From the NCBI RefSeq assembly GCF_036321535.1, contig NC_087447.1, forward strand, positions 48,238,001 to 48,302,000: a stretch of DNA of 64,000 nt, in the 5' to 3' direction. Origin of the DNA: Camelus dromedarius. Lineage: Eukaryota. Each line of letters opens with the position of its first letter. The first letter of the stretch is position 1. The position numbers were made by a program, and so were the translations under genes. Below are positions 39,601 through 54,354 of the stretch, piece after piece. Under the pieces are notes generated by a model. It had not been told where the DNA came from. It made no database searches and was given only the letters and a program-made list of their open reading frames with translations.

Positions 39601-42024
39601 GGCCAAGTATTTCTTCAGTGAGTTGCCAAAGATCATACAGCTGGTAAAATGGAGGTGCTGACATTAGAACTCAGGTCCGTTGGAATCTATAACCTGTGTT
39701 CCTAACTGCCATAAGGACTCAGTGCAAAGCCAGACTTTGATAGTCAATGTATTAAACATATTCAGAGGAGAATGGAATGGCCAAAGGAAAAAACTGCAAA
39801 CAAAAGCACTTTTGAAAGAACTTAGGAAAAGGTCAGCTAGACCACAAGCTAAGTCACTAGCTAGTTGTATCAGACACTGAGCTTTGGTTTCCTCACAGTA
39901 AAATGGAGGTAGAAATATCTACTTCACAGAATGGTTGTGAGAATTAGAGGAAATGATGTTTGGCATATAGCAGGTGCTCAACAAATGGTAGGGTTATTGA
40001 GGCTATTATTCCTAGTACTGATATTAAATTGATATTATTCTTTTGGGAGCTAGCATGGCAGAATGGAAAACATGGTCTTTGGATTCAGTCAGACTTGGGT
40101 TTGAATTCTTAACCAAATCTGTAACTTTGGGCAATTTACATAAGCCTCTGTTTCCCCTCTATAAAATAGAGGCAATTATCTCAATGCCTCTGACAGAGGA
40201 TTGGTGTAAAGATGAATGGAAATTGTACATGCAAAGTGCTTAGCACAAAGAATGTACTCAATAAGTGATAGTATACTACAATGCTATTTTAAGTAATGTT
40301 TGTTAATATACAAATATATTCTGTTAATATTAATAAAACAGCTCTCAGTTGCTTGCCTCACCGGCCCCTTTCCCATTGCTGTCACCACCCACCCCAGGGC
40401 TTTGGTGTCTGAAGCTACTCACACACTATAGATTTTGCCCTGTAACTTCAGTTCTTAAGTAGCTGTGTAGTCCTTTCCCGGTTCCTGCCTCCCGAGCTCA
40501 TGGGACAAGTATTTTTGTAACCCACTGCAGTAGCTGTGTCCTCATTCATTCATTCACTAGCGTCACCAGCCTCCTCTTCCATTTACTTCAGAGCTCAAGC
40601 CACTCTTCATTTGCTGACTGGAGGAGGGAATATTTGTGGATACAGTCCCAAAATAGATTACTTTTGTCTTGATAAATAATGCCAAGGATTGCAGGGGAGA
40701 GGAAGCACACTTCCCAGAGCTGAAAGGGAGAGTTCACGCCACAATTTGAATGTCTTCCAGAAAGTTGTCAACCCTTAAGCCTTGCTTTTAGATAATTAAG
40801 TCCATAGCTATTGTAAAGACTCAGAAATCTGAAAAATTAAAGTGAGGAAAAAATCAGTCTCATCTAGATCCTTCTTCTCATCCAATACCTCTTCTGTATG
40901 AAGTGACCCATTTAAGAATATATACTGTTCACTCTGATTTCTATTCTGTTAGTCATGGTTGATAGATCTTGGGCCTGGAGGGACCTCAGAGTCATCTGCT
41001 CTAACTCCAGAGAGGGGAAAATAACTAGCCAAGGTATAGTGACTGGTGGTGGGGGAGCTGGCTAGAGCTTCTATCTCCTGGGGTTCCCAGTTTCCTACTC
41101 TGTCTTTTATGCTGACCGATATTAGGTTAAGCCTATTGTACACATATTTTACAAAGTCTTTTAGTATCTGATTTAATTGTGATTTTTAGGATCATCTATG
41201 TACTTTGCCCTTCCTTCTATCTATTCATATCCTTCCCAACTTTTGTGACCTCACATTCTCTGGGATATGTTTCCTAAATTTGGTCAATTTGCCCCCCTGA
41301 TTTCCTAAGCACTAACACATTGATTTATGGGAGAGAGGGTGTAGAATGGTAGGAAAATTATAGGCTTTGGAGTTAGAGAAATCTAAGATCCTATGCTTGT
41401 TCTGATAGTAGCTGTTTGACTTTGGGTAAATTACTTAATCTTAGTTTCCTCAACTGTAAAATGGGATAATAATACTTATCCCATAAGGGAATTATGATTT
41501 AGACACATGGTAGGTACTCAACAAAATAAATATGGGTAGTAAATTGTAGCAATGATTATCACTCATTCTTTTGTTTCTTTGTTTCTTTCTTTCTATCATT
41601 TCTTTCTAATTATTTATTTACTAAAACCACCTTGATTGTCTACAGTGTACCAGAGAGGAAGATGATGCAACCTTTGCCCCTGAAGATCTCTTGGTTTATC
41701 ATAGGGGTCTATGGGTGATGTTAAGAGTTGCAGTGACTCTGTTAAAGGAGAGTGGCTAACTTTTGTATATCCCTGTCTATATGTATTTATCTGGGGAGAA
41801 AGTTCATGACTTTGGCAGATTCTCAGCAATATTTGTAACACCCCTAAAGCCGAGAACTTCTCCTGGCCATCAACACCTAGATTCCCTGCCAGAGATGCTT
41901 GTTGTTTGTACCACCTTTTTGACTTTATCATATAATGCATGTGGTAATGCTTTGCTGTTTGATACAAATGTATGTCCATACCTCCAGCCCTTAGAACTCC
42001 TATAGGATGGGGATTGTGCTTACA

Positions 42025-42690
42025 TTTTTTTAAACAGCTTTATATAATTCATATACTGTACAATTCACCCATTTAAAGAATACAATTCAACAGTTTTTAG
42101 TATATTCAGAGTTGTGCAAGCATGGACTACAGTCCATTTTAGAACATTTTCATCACCCCAAAAAGAAACCCTATATCTCTTTGTTGTCATCCCCAGCTCC
42201 CCAGACCCCCCAGCCCTAGGTAATCACTAGTCTTTCCTCCTCTATAGGTTTTGCCTGTTCCTTTGGCATGTTTCCAGTTCGTCCATGCTGTTACATTTTG
42301 TTTTTATATTCCCTTTAATATTCAGCATAGTAGTTGACCCATAAGAGGCTTTTTAAAAATAAATTTCATTTTAGAATAGTTTTAGAATTACAGAAAAGTT
42401 GCAAAGATAGTACAAAGAATTCCCAAATACCTCATATCCAGTTTTCCCTAGTATTATCTTACATTAGTATGGTACATTTTTCATAATTAATGAACTGATA
42501 TTGATATATTATTATTAACTAAAATCCATACTTATTCATATTTCTTTCTTTTTTTTTTTAAGCTAATGTGCTTTTTCTGTTCTAGGATCCCATCCAGGAT
42601 ATTATATTGCATTTAGACTCATGTGTCCTTATGCTCCTCTTGTTTATGACAGGTCTTCAGACTTCCCTCTGTTTTTGATGGCTTTTACAC
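42025..42690 (-). mobile_element. Two antisense L1M 3' fragments
   Basis: aattcacccatttaaag and tacagaaaagttgcaaagatagtaca motifs. Confidence 0.72.
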
Positions 42691-42984
42691 ATAATAGGCT
42701 TTTTACACATTCATGTTAAAGGAACTGAAATTGTTACCCGTCATGGACAGGATTTTCCCTTTATGCTGTGGGACCTTAAGGATATTTAGTGTTTGTTACC
42801 TAGTTACTTTATAAAAAGATCTCTAAGTTAATACTTCTTTAGTAAAGCTGTACCACTGATCTCTTGAGTGAATGCCAGTAGGGCAGAGTGAGATTGAAGA
42901 AACTGGGTTGTTGGGGGGAAAGCTTAAAGAGGGAAGCTGCCACTGTATCTGGCTCCTCTCATTATTGTTCTGTTCATGTTGGTG

Positions 42985-42985
<1 letters not shown>

Positions 42986-43037
<52 letters not shown>
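42986..43037. repeat. (TAT)n microsatellite
   Basis: Directly visible. Confidence 0.99.
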
Positions 43038-43551
43038 GGCAGTGTGCTGTAATAGAGGCATAGCCTTTGGAATGAAACAGTCCTCTTAGCCACTTATTAG
43101 CTATAATTTCTTGGAACATAATTTCTGTGGGCTTCAGTTGCCTCACCTGTAAAATTGCTTTGCAGTGTTTTGAGAATTAGGGAAGAGTTCAGAACACCCC
43201 TTGCATAGTGCCCATGCTTGGTACATGCATAATAGTTGTTGATAGATATTAGAAGAAGTAAATCAGATTGGAGATGGGAAATAGGGTTTTTTTTTTTTTT
43301 TTTTTTTAAAGCAGCTGAAAAAGGGGCTGCTGTTTTTCAAACATTTTCTGTAGTGGGTAGAATAGGAAAGATGACCTTGGTTTGCTTGCATATTTGGTAT
43401 TAACTGTAGGACAGCTTCTTTGCTAGACAAAAGCCTTTGGATCCGTTTTGGTTTGTGTACTGTGGGTTTCTAGCCTTTTTGTCAAGAGGTACTTGGAGAT
43501 TTGTGAATGCTTAATGCTTAAGGTTGTTCTAACATGGCTGTTTTGCCATAG

Positions 43552-43604
43552 GTGCTGTGTCTGAGGAACAATACCATTTTTCAGCAATCCTTTTCCCTCT
43601 TAAG
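43552..43604 (+). CDS. MRPL48: MRPL48 coding exon 2 (53 nt, VLCLRNNTIFQQSFSLL+R)
   Basis: Acceptor ttttgccatag| and donor AAG|GTAAGG. Peptide matches human VLCLRNNTIFKQAFSLLR. Confidence 0.95.
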
Positions 43605-43699
43605 GTAAGGATATTAATAACAGTAATTAAATACAGCTAATATTTGCATTCTGCTAGGTAGTCGCACAGCATTTTTCTTTCATCATCTCCACTTGTGTA

Positions 43700-44610
43700 T
43701 TTTCTAAGTGTCTCAAGTATTATCTCCTCTGCCATTTTACTCCTTCCCCATTCTCAGTAAATGAGAACTGTGTTCATCTAGTTGCTCAGGACAAATTCCT
43801 TGGAGTTATCCTTGATACTGTTGTTTCTCTCACTGTACATCCAATTCTTAAACAAATTCTGTCAGCTTTGCTGTTGAAATATATATGGAATCACACTGTT
43901 TCTCTCCTCGCTTCAGGTCTCATGCTTTCAGTTTTGCTAAACTGCTGGGGACGAGCTCTTCATCCTTTCTACGTTACTATCTTCATTCCGCTCATAACTG
44001 GTCTCCCTGCTTTTACTTTTGTCTTCTAGCCTTCACACTAAAACCAGAGTGATTTTTTTAAAGTCAGGTTAGTCACATCACTTCTGTCTCTCAGAACTCT
44101 CCAATGGTATCCCATCTCATGCAAAATAAAATCTACAATCCTTATCATGGCCTACAAGGCTTTACATAATCTGTTCCCTCATTGTATACTACTACTTATT
44201 CAGCTTTAGCCACAATGGCTACCTCTCTGTTTCTTGATGATCTAAGTATTCTACCACCCCAGGATCTTTGCACATTCTTCCCTCAGATATCTATATGACT
44301 TGTCCCCTTTATTCAAGTTCGTGTCCAAATTTCATCTTATCAGAAAGGCCTTTCCTGACTACCTGATGTAAAATAGCTCCCCACTGTCAATCTCTGCCCC
44401 CTTATCTTGCTATTTTTCTTCATAGCAGGTAACACCATCTGATACCATGTATACATATGTTATTGTTTGTCTTCCCTGCCAACCTACTAGAATATAGCAT
44501 CATGTGGATAATGACTTTGTTAATTTTGTTTACTGCTCTATCCCTAGGGCCTAGAATGGTGTCTTGCACATAGATAGACATTAAATTAATATTTGTTTAA
44601 TGAATGAATA
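43700..44610. mobile_element. L2 remnant (one of many L2/MIR fragments, not all listed)
   Basis: ggagttatccttga...ctggtctccctgc...atatttgtttaatgaatgaat L2 3' end. Confidence 0.7.
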
Positions 44611-46187
44611 TATCATCATGGTGACCTAGTAAAACAGGTGATGTCATCTCAATTTTATACATAAAAAACTGAGGTCCAGAGAGGTTAATCGATTGCTCTA
44701 AGATGACACAGCTGATATGAGCTAAAGTTAGGATTCAAACCTTAAATTTTTTTTTCACTGTTCTGCATATACAGTATGCTACTTCCTATTGTTTTTCTCT
44801 AGATAGTAATGAACTTGGTAGTTTAATTATTTCTCTATTTTACAGATATTCACTGACTATCTTATGTGTGGCAGCCACATGATATAACACAGTGAATTGT
44901 ATATCTTCCTGGACCACATGGCACTCATGAGCCTGGATAATTTCTTTAATCCTTTATATTTATTGAAGCCTTTCTCCTCTTATTCCTTTCCATCTTAATC
45001 TATTTTTCTGTCATTAATCAATCAGCTATTCAATAAGCATTTACTATGGCACCATGCTAGGCATTTTATATGTCCTCTCTAATCTTCCAAAAATACTACA
45101 GAATGAATATAAATATTGTCATTCTACAAAAGAGGAAACTGGCTCAGAGAGTTTAAGATATTTTCAGTCCCATGAAGTTATATAATTATCTGCATTTTAA
45201 AAATGAGATAGGTATATATAACAACTTGCCTAAGGTCACAGTTTTGAAATGGTGGAGTCAGCCCTTAATCATAGATCTGTTTGTCTCTAACTTGTTCCAC
45301 AATTCAGTTTCAAAGCCTCTCAGAATGCTGAACTAAAATACTCTAATTACTTAGTTAGCCAAACAGCCATATTATTCTCCTCCATGTTCTTGGCTTCTGT
45401 ATCCAGTCTGGCTCTCACTGCTGTCCCTTCCTCTCCATCCTCCCTGAGCGTGTTCTAATAATACAAGGCTACTGCAAGAACCGCTTCACTGGTTCTCTTG
45501 CCTCAGTCTCCTTTCTTCCCATTCATTGCTCACCTGCTGCAGGGTTAACTTTCTAAAACTGAAAATTGATCATATCACTCTCATGTTTAAATTCTGCCAG
45601 CACCTTCCCACTGCCTATGCAGAGTAAAGACCAAACTCCTTAGCACAGTGGATGCGATCTTCATAACCTGGCCCCTGATTACCTCTTTTACCCTGTCCCC
45701 TTCCCTGCTGCTTAAGTGCCACTCACATCCACCTTCTCGCTGTTCCCCAGGTGTACCACTTCCATATTTCTGCCTAGAATGCTTTTCCTGTAAGGTTAAA
45801 TAATCAAGACAAGTTCTTCATTTTTAAAAACTCAGCTCAAATAGTTTCGCCTTCCTGGTGGAAATGACCACATTTTCCTTGGTATGCCACCAAATCTTGT
45901 ACATATTTTTGTTCTGGATCAGCACTATATCGTGGCTCACATTGTTTACATATCTCTCTTCCAGCTAGACCATAGAGACATTTTACTTACTTTTGCATCC
46001 TCAGGACCTAACACATTGTGTGGCACATAGTTGGTACTTAATAATGTTTATGGAAAGAGAGGAAGGAAAGAATAAGGAAATATGTAGCATTGGCATATCC
46101 TTAATGAGAAGCATACAGATTTTGGTAGCTGTGCAAATAAAATGTGGCTGTCTAATTATATTCAACATACTGTCTCCCTCTTTTTAG

Positions 46188-46225
46188 GTTCAGAACTTCA
46201 GGAGAGAATCCCATCTGTTCTGCAG
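46188..46225 (+). CDS. MRPL48: MRPL48 coding exon 3 (38 nt, FRTSGENPICSA+G)
   Basis: Pyrimidine tract plus tag| and donor CAG|GTGAG. Phase-compatible with exons 2 and 4; similar to human FRTSGEKPIYSVG. Confidence 0.94.
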
Positions 46226-46959
46226 GTGAGCAATTATGTCCTGATGTAGTCTTCCTGATGTAAGTGACCCTTATCACTCTATCATAATTTTGTCTAGGAA
46301 GATGCCTAACTTATCTTTGAGAAGAGTGGCTGGGACCAAATCCTTACCGCTCATGTGGAATAGTACAATGGATGAGAACATAAAGTGGTTAACAGCAAGA
46401 GCTCTGTAGTAAGTTTGGATTCCAACTCTACCACATACCCTTCTGTGACCTTTAACTGTTCTCCGTAGCGTGGCTTCCTCACTTTAAAAAATGAGAATTA
46501 TAGTACAAACTACAGTGAATTATTTGAAGATTCAATGAGATAAAACATGTAAAGTACTCAAAAAAGGTAGCTATTATTATTATTATTGCTACTATTCCAG
46601 ATCTGCCTTTCATGTCCATCATCTACCAGGCTAAGGCTTCTCTTACAGTATTTTATCCAAAATGAATGTCCATTCAATCTGATTAATTCCATGAATCTCA
46701 ATCTGTTTCAACCCTATTACTTGTTATTTTTCTCTTAGTTGCACTTTTAATTTTGAAAGATATAAAAATTATTTTAAAATTTTAAAGGTGATTTGTCAAA
46801 TCCATATTTGGCAATTATTAACATTTTATTGGACTTTTTTTTTTCTTGTATATGAAAAATAAGGATTTTTTTCAAGACCCTTTTATTTCCTAGTCTTGGT
46901 CTCATCCCTTACCCTATAACCAGAGACAGAGTTCATTTTGAATCCATGTATTTTCTGAG

Positions 46960-48850
46960 GAAGGTTTTAAAAAATGTATTAAAATTATCAACTATTAAAA
47001 ATTTTAAATGCATGCATATGGTAGAAATAAACTGTACAAAAGAGCGTGTAATGAAAAGTTGAATTTTCTCCTATTTCCCAGTCTTGCTTCCCAGCAGTAT
47101 GCCCTGATAGCAGTTTCTTTTTATTTTCCTCCCCTTGGTTAGGGGGTAATCAGATAATTAGGTTTATATATTTATTTAATGGAGGTACTGGGGATTGAAC
47201 CCAGGACTTCATGCATTCTAAGCCTGCACTTTACCACTGAACTATACCCTCCCCCTGATAGTTTCTTATGTATTTTTCAGGAAAGTTTAATGCATATATG
47301 AACATATATATTATGTGTGTGCATGACTCTATCTTAATGCTGGATATTTAGGTTGTTTTTAGTTTTTGCTATTTCAAAAAATGCTGCAGCAACCATTTTT
47401 ATACATCTTTATAAACTTGTTCCCATATATTTGTAAGATAAATTCCTGGAATTAAAATTGCTGAGTTAATGGATTGTAAATTGAAAATTTTGGTAAGGCT
47501 TGTAAGATTGCCTTTCAGAGAAGTTGTATTAATTTACATTTCTATTTTCTCCTCAAAACTGGGTTTTACAAAACATCTTATTATTTTGCTGTGAAAATTA
47601 TGTCACATTTTAATTTTCATTTCTTGAAAAAGTTTGTCATCTTTTCATATTGTTTTGGCCATTTGTTTTTCTTTTCTTGTGAACTGCCTGTTTATATTTT
47701 TGCCTATTTTTTTTTGGATTGTTTGCTTTTTCATTTTTGATTGGTAAGAACTTTTTATATAGTTTTTATGTAGTAAAGAAATTAGCATTTTTCTATCATA
47801 TATGCTTTGTATTATTTAAAGTTATCTATCCCTTGACTTTTGTGCTTGTGTTTTTTACTGGGTAGAAGTTTAAAAGTTTTATATAGCTAAGTTTATTAAT
47901 CTTTGATTTCTAGATTTTGCTTCATGCTTAGAAAGCTTAGAAAGATCTTCTCTACTCCAAGATTATTTTTAAAAATCCTTCATAAAAAATTTTTTTTTAA
48001 TCCTTCATACTATCTTCTGATATTTTTTTTTCCTTTAAATATGTGGTCCATCTGGAATTAGCAGTGGGTAGGGATGCAGTTTTTTTCCCCCAAATAGGTA
48101 GGCAGTTGTTTCAACATTTATTGAAACATCCATCTTTTCCTATAGGTTTGAGAATGTCACCTTTATCATATATTAAGTTTCCAGATAGATCTAGACTGTG
48201 TTTTAACTTTGTATTATTTCATTGATCTGTCTATATATTTGATATCAGTACCAAGCTGTTTTAATACTATTGGTTACTATAGTTTTGTAGTATATTTTAA
48301 TATCTGATATCTAACTAATTCTGAGGTAGTTTTTTGTTTTATTTTGTTTTTAAAGCTGGATCAAATAGGGCATGTTAAATGCTGTTGAAAAAAGATTCTT
48401 TTGAGAAGAGGGGTAGGGGATAATAGCAATTTACTCAGTTTCCTGATTGGAGAAATTTAAGTTTTCTTCAAAATTTTGCAGTATAAACAACATGATGATA
48501 AACATCCTTGTACATTAGGACCTGTGGCCTTGTGTGATTATTTACATAGGATACATTTCTAAAAGTGGAATTTTTAGGTCAAAGGAAATGCACATTTTTA
48601 AAGCTATTGATATGTATTACTAAATTGCTCTTCAGAAAGATTGCACCGTTTTGTACTTTTTTTGGTATTTCAGAATCCCTGATTATATAGTCATCAACAT
48701 TAAATTTTTTTTTTTTTTAGTATTTGCTAATATCATAAGCTAAAAATTTCTGACCCTTGTATTGTAATTTGTATGACTTTGGTTACTAGTTGGTTGAACA
48801 TATTTTCATATATTTACTGGCCATGTATCCTTTCCTTTATCCATTTTTCA
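46960..48850 (-). mobile_element. Highly decayed antisense L1ME-type fragments
   Basis: T-rich, with ggatatttaggttgttt, ggaattaaaattgctgagttaa and ttttaggtcaaagg motifs. Confidence 0.6.
47119..47255 (-). mobile_element. tRNA-Ala-derived SINE (Vic-1-like) inside an old L1
   Basis: Reverse copy; flanks ctgatag(cag)tttctt. Confidence 0.85.
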
Positions 48851-50580
48851 ATTGTAGTCAGGGAATCTCAATGCCTAGAAGGCTCCAAGACCCAGGGTAA
48901 CTAACTCACTAATGTCAGCATGCCAAGGTAATTCTCTTTGAAAGGACACAGCTTTGTTGGCATTTTTCATGGGTCTTTGAGATATCTTTAAAGTCAGAAG
49001 TTTCAAAATTGAATTATAGTGTTCAGAAAAGAAAAGTAGGAAGCAGTGCCTTGTTCTTTTTTATCCATTGTATTCTCATGTGGGCCAGTTGCTCTCCCTA
49101 AGGGATGGGCCTGATAGTAGTGATTATCTTTTTCTTACTGATTTAAATGTACAGGGAGAGGTGGAAGTAAAAGATATAAAGAGGTCTAAGGAGGTTAAAT
49201 GAAGGGAACTCAGACTCCTGACATTATAGTATGAGCAAAAAACATGGAGTCAGCAAAACATGGTACATTCAAGTCCAAGAAGTTCAGTGTAATCAGAAAA
49301 ACTGAAAGAAGTTTGAAAAGAGATTTTGAAAAAAGTAGGTAGCTGCCAGGCCTAAATCATTGCAGACTGTCTTGGTAAAATATCTCTAGAACTTAAAAAC
49401 AAAACAAAACAACACTTAGCACATACTGTTTGCCAGGTGTTGGGGTATATCTGCCCTTAGGAACTTGCAGCCTATTGAATGGAGAAGATATCCTTTAATT
49501 AGATTCTTGGCTGGGGTTACCCCAATTTTTTCCTCTTTCTTTCTTGCATATCCCTGCTCGAAATATTTGTTCTAATTTTTGAAGGAGAAATAATTAAAGT
49601 TCTTTATCCCCATCCTGGATTGATGGGTTGAGCTCCCAGTTTAGTAAACAGGGACACTGAAGGACAGTTGGCTCTGGCATATGTAAAGGAAAGGGAAGAA
49701 TTGTGGGAGAATTCAGTACCTGATTACATTCTGTAATGGTGCTAATTGAAAGATTTTCAAAGATTCCTTTTGAAAATCCTGGGGTTTTGTCTCTTCTGTG
49801 AAAAGAGTTGCCTTTTCTCTCAGGACGCTGCAATGTTAATATGACAGCAGGAAACCAGCTTGAAGACACAAGCAGGGGGAAAAATTCATTTGAACTTTGC
49901 GGAAATCAGAGGCTTTCAAAGTTGTAAATTTTATAATTAAAACAACTGGCTAATTAAGCAGTTTAACCACTGGTAATTTGACCAAAACCTTTCATTTAAA
50001 GGGGAAAATGCTTAGTTTAACAGTCGTCTGAACCAGCCTTTTAATTAACCAGCTGCTCCAATTATAGGAATTGCCCCAAACTGAATTTGAAAATGCCTCC
50101 TTGCCAAGGAATTCCGGTAAATGACAGGCTGAGGCAAGCATTAGTGGCATTTTCACCTAAGATGTGTCATTATCTCAAAGATAACTTTTGATTCTGCTAT
50201 TTGAAACCCTGGTGGGTGATTGAGTTTCTGTGTACTTAAAGATGGTGACTGGCATCTGAGTTGTTTTTTTAACTTACAGAAAATATTTTACTATATAATG
50301 GAGGCACGGGAGAGCTATAACCATAAAGTAAACTCTTGATGATGTTTGTAAATTTAGGGCAGCACAGAGACATTGACCTTGGAGGCTGTGAAGGATATCA
50401 ACAGAGAGGTGCAGTCCCAGCAGGGGGAAAAACCCAGCATGGCACAGAGGCATGAGAACTGCATGGTTTATACAGAATGGCAAATGTAGCTCTGTAGCTG
50501 AAGAGCAAGGTTTTAAAGGCCTGGAGGAGGGAGAGTGAGGACATGAAGTGGTTAGAACTAGATTATAAAATCGAAGTTCT

Positions 50581-50955
50581 TATTTACAAAACAGAAATAG
50601 ACTCACAGACATAGAAAACAAACTTATGGTTACCAGATTTGGGGGGTGGGGGGCAGGGGGTGGGAAGGGATAAATTGGGAGTTCAAGATTTGCAGATACT
50701 AACTACTACATATAATATAGATAAACAACAAGTTTCTACTGTATAGCATAAGGAACTGTATGTATTCAATATCTTGTAGTAACCTTTAATGAAAAAGAAT
50801 ATGAAAAGGAATATATGTACATATATATATGACTGAAACATTATGCTGTACACCAGAAACTGACACAACATAGTAAACTGACTATACTTCAATTAAAAAA
50901 GAGAAGGAAATAAAATAAAATAAAATAAAATAAAATAAAATAAAATAAAATAAAA
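50581..50955 (+). mobile_element. Cetartiodactyl-type L1 3' end with (TAAAA)n tail
   Basis: Same family; aagttctt in both flanks. Confidence 0.87.
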
Positions 50956-51523
50956 GTTCTTAAATGCTTACCTAAGGAGTGTGAACTTTAGGCAGTGAAA
51001 AAACATCAAACATTTTGAAATATGGCAAAGACCTTCCTTGTCTCATTCATTGGTGCCACTATAGTGCCTGGCACATTGTAAGTCCTTTTTAAAAAATTGT
51101 ATATGTGCAGTGAACAAATGGTTGCATTAATGAAAGAGAATATAAGTTTGTGTTTTAGAAGGATTAAGTTGTCAGCTCTAGAGGATGGAATAGAAAGGGC
51201 AGTGTGGATACAGGGAGCCTACCAGCAACACCTCAGCCAAGGCTACCACTTGAATCTTTGCCTGAACTTCCATCCACACTCCCCCTCCCCACACTCTTCT
51301 ACCCACAACAACCAAAGTGATCTTTTTAAAATGTATTAGACATATAATTTCCCCATTTGTGACTCTTCAGCGTGAAATCCCAATGCTTAACAAGGCCCAA
51401 AGTGGTGGGTTCTGACCCACTGCTCTCACCTCTGATGCACTCTAAGCCCCTCTCACTTTGCTTCAGCCACACTGACAGCCTTTCTGTTCCTTGAATGTAC
51501 CAAGCTATGTCCCCCTTCCCCAC

Positions 51524-51551
<28 letters not shown>
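51524..51551. repeat. (CA)n microsatellite
   Basis: Directly visible. Confidence 0.98.
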
Positions 51552-51554
<3 letters not shown>

Positions 51555-54354
51555 GGGGCCTTTGCACATGCTGTTCCCTTTGCCTGGAACATTTATTCTC
51601 TATCTTTTTACCTGACAAACTCCTATTTGCCTTTCAGGTCTCAATTTATTTTATTTATTTTTTTTTTTTTTAGTAGATAATACATGTACATGGAACAAGT
51701 TTTAAAAGACACAAAAGCATATAAATTTAACAGTAAGTCTCCCTCTCTTTCCTGGTGCCTAGCCACTTCTCCTGGGGGATAACCATTATTACCATTTTCC
51801 TCTGAATTCTAATTTCAGTTCACTTGTCATTTTTATTTTAGAGAAGCCTTTCCTGATACTCCAATCCAAAACAGATGCACTGATTGTATTGCCATAACCC
51901 TTTTTATCATTTATCGCAATTGGTAATTTTATATTTATTTTGTGACTGTTCCTTCCTCTGTTAATGATTCCTTCTTCCTCCTAGATGGTAAGATTCATAA
52001 ACAGAGTTTTGTTGGGTTTGACCCCTGATATATCGCCAGATCTTTGCACGGTGCCTGGCACATCATAAGTACTCAATGATTAAGCTTTCCTAAGCTTTGC
52101 CTTGAGCTTCTGTAAACTCATTCTTGCCACCCTGCTCCTCATGCTCTGCCTTGATATTCTCTCTCTGGCTCTTTCCCTCTCCAGACCATCTTCTCTCTTC
52201 ACTAACTCCTAGTCATCCACCAAGTTTTATTTAAAACCCACGTGCTCTAAGAATCCTGTCCTGACCCCACAAGTCCAACCTTAGCGCTCCTCCCATGTAT
52301 ATAACCCTTATCACCTTGCATTGGTATTACTGTCTCTCCACTAGACCATAGGTTCCTTATTTCAGAGACTTTCTCTTTGTCCATTATTATAGCTGCTCCA
52401 GCTTCTAGGGCAGTGCTTGGTACCAACCCAGCTTGCCATGGATATTAGGTTGGTTGTACACTGCACAACTCTAGTGTGTGCCATTCACATGGTTGTGAGG
52501 GTTTAACTGTTGCTGGCTACGCTGGTGGGTAATAATAAATGTTTGTTGAATGAATAAATATACTTTGGAGAGTTCAGTGTTTTTAAGAGGTCATATTTTG
52601 AGGTTATAATAAAATCTTGTTGGATAGATTAAATTTCAAGGCTCTGGTCTGACGATGATTGTGTACCCATCAAGGGGATTTGAATATCATCTCCTTGGGT
52701 GGAGGCCCAGGTTGCAGAGTCTGGAACCCAAAGGCTCAAAGGGTCAATTGGGACAGTGGCCAAGAAGATACCTCGGTTATGTACAGTGCTCTTTGGGAAC
52801 CTCTGCCAAAAATGCCTCCTTCTTCCTTGTATGGTAAACTCTTACTCCTCTTTCAAGAATGCAGCTGTTACCCCTCTGAACCTATTCCCCTGCATCCCTC
52901 TATCCATCCCCGGGCATAGTTAGGTGCTCCTTCCTCTAGGTTCCTTGCTCTCATCTCCATGAAAATATTTTGTATTTCATAAGGTAATTATCTGCTTTCC
53001 TGTCGTCCTCCCCCAGTACACACTGAGTGTCTTCAGGGAAAGTAGCATATTTTAGTCATTTTTGTAACTGTCCCAGTATCCATACTGTGGTTGGCATATA
53101 ATAGTAAATGTGGACTAATGAATATTGTGGAAGTGATCCATGATATCCTAGGGCTGTCCTGATGAAATAGTGTGGATTATAAATGTATGGAAGGTCTCTG
53201 AAGCTATGACTCTTGATTGGCCTGGCACAGAGCAGACCTGCTTGGAAGCACATTTTAGAAAAGAGAAGCTTAAGAAACATTTCGCTTAACGTCATTAGAC
53301 TTTTCCACATCATTTTGTGTTTAGGTCCCCACAAAATAGTGGCCCCGGGGGAGATGAGGGCAGGACTACAGGAGCTGGGAGGAAAGGGAGCAGAACCTAG
53401 GACTAGTACTTCTCCAGAAGGTGGAGAGTGAGCAAGAGAGACATAGACATAGCAGAGCTGTGTAGGGCTGGTTCCAGTGAAAGGGTAGAGATAAGGAACT
53501 GAGATCAGATCTGGGAAAGATCAAGTCCAGCTAGATTTTGTATTCTTGAAATTCAGATGTTGTAACTCCTCTGAGCACAGGCTGTTTAGTCAGATAGACC
53601 TGGGTTTAAAATGCAGTTCTGCCTTTTCCTAGCTGGATGACTTTGGCCAATTTCTATTTTTTTAAGCTGCAGTTTCTTTATTTGTAAATGAAGATAAAAA
53701 TAATGAGAAATAAAGGAGAATATGTATATATCAGCAAGCCCTTCTTTTAAGGGGATCTGGGTGGCACATCTCTGGGCCTACCACGATGAATATATATAGA
53801 GAGATCCTATTTTTTTTACATACACACTGTTTTGTAGCTTAGGTTTTAGTTTTTATTTATTGTTATTTACTTAACAATGTCTGTTGGAGATTGTTACATA
53901 TCAACACAAAAAAAAAAGAAAATTAGATGATTTTTAAAACTTAGTGGAAATCTGTGATTGTCTTTTTTCCAGTTATATTTGCTGCCTGTCTCTTTCTGTA
54001 AACAATCCCTATTAGAAAACTTCAAAAGGATTATTGTTTGTTGAGGAACAAGAGAAAATGAGAGCCCTGTGAGAATGTATTCTTTTCCCTACCACCAGTG
54101 GATCTAGCAGGAGAGAATTTCTCAAAGAAACATGGGTAGTGGGGATTGGATATAGTCCAGGGGCCAAAAGGAGAGAAAAGGGGGGTAAACAGTGTCAGCT
54201 CAAGATCAAGAAATAGCTCTGGCTCTTTAAACCAACAAGAGGCCTGCTATCTTCAAATATTCCATCTCACAGTGGAAAATTTGTCTCCTCACGTATGAGC
54301 TGTCTGTCCCTGGCAGAGCTTTGAAACAGGTTTGTCTTATTTTCTCTCTTCTAG

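Noticed and set aside
41570..42005. Cryptic exon in MRPL48 intron 1 (pyrimidine tract, tacag at about 41645)
   Set aside because: No convincing paired donor or meaningful reading frame; cannot be supported without RNA data.
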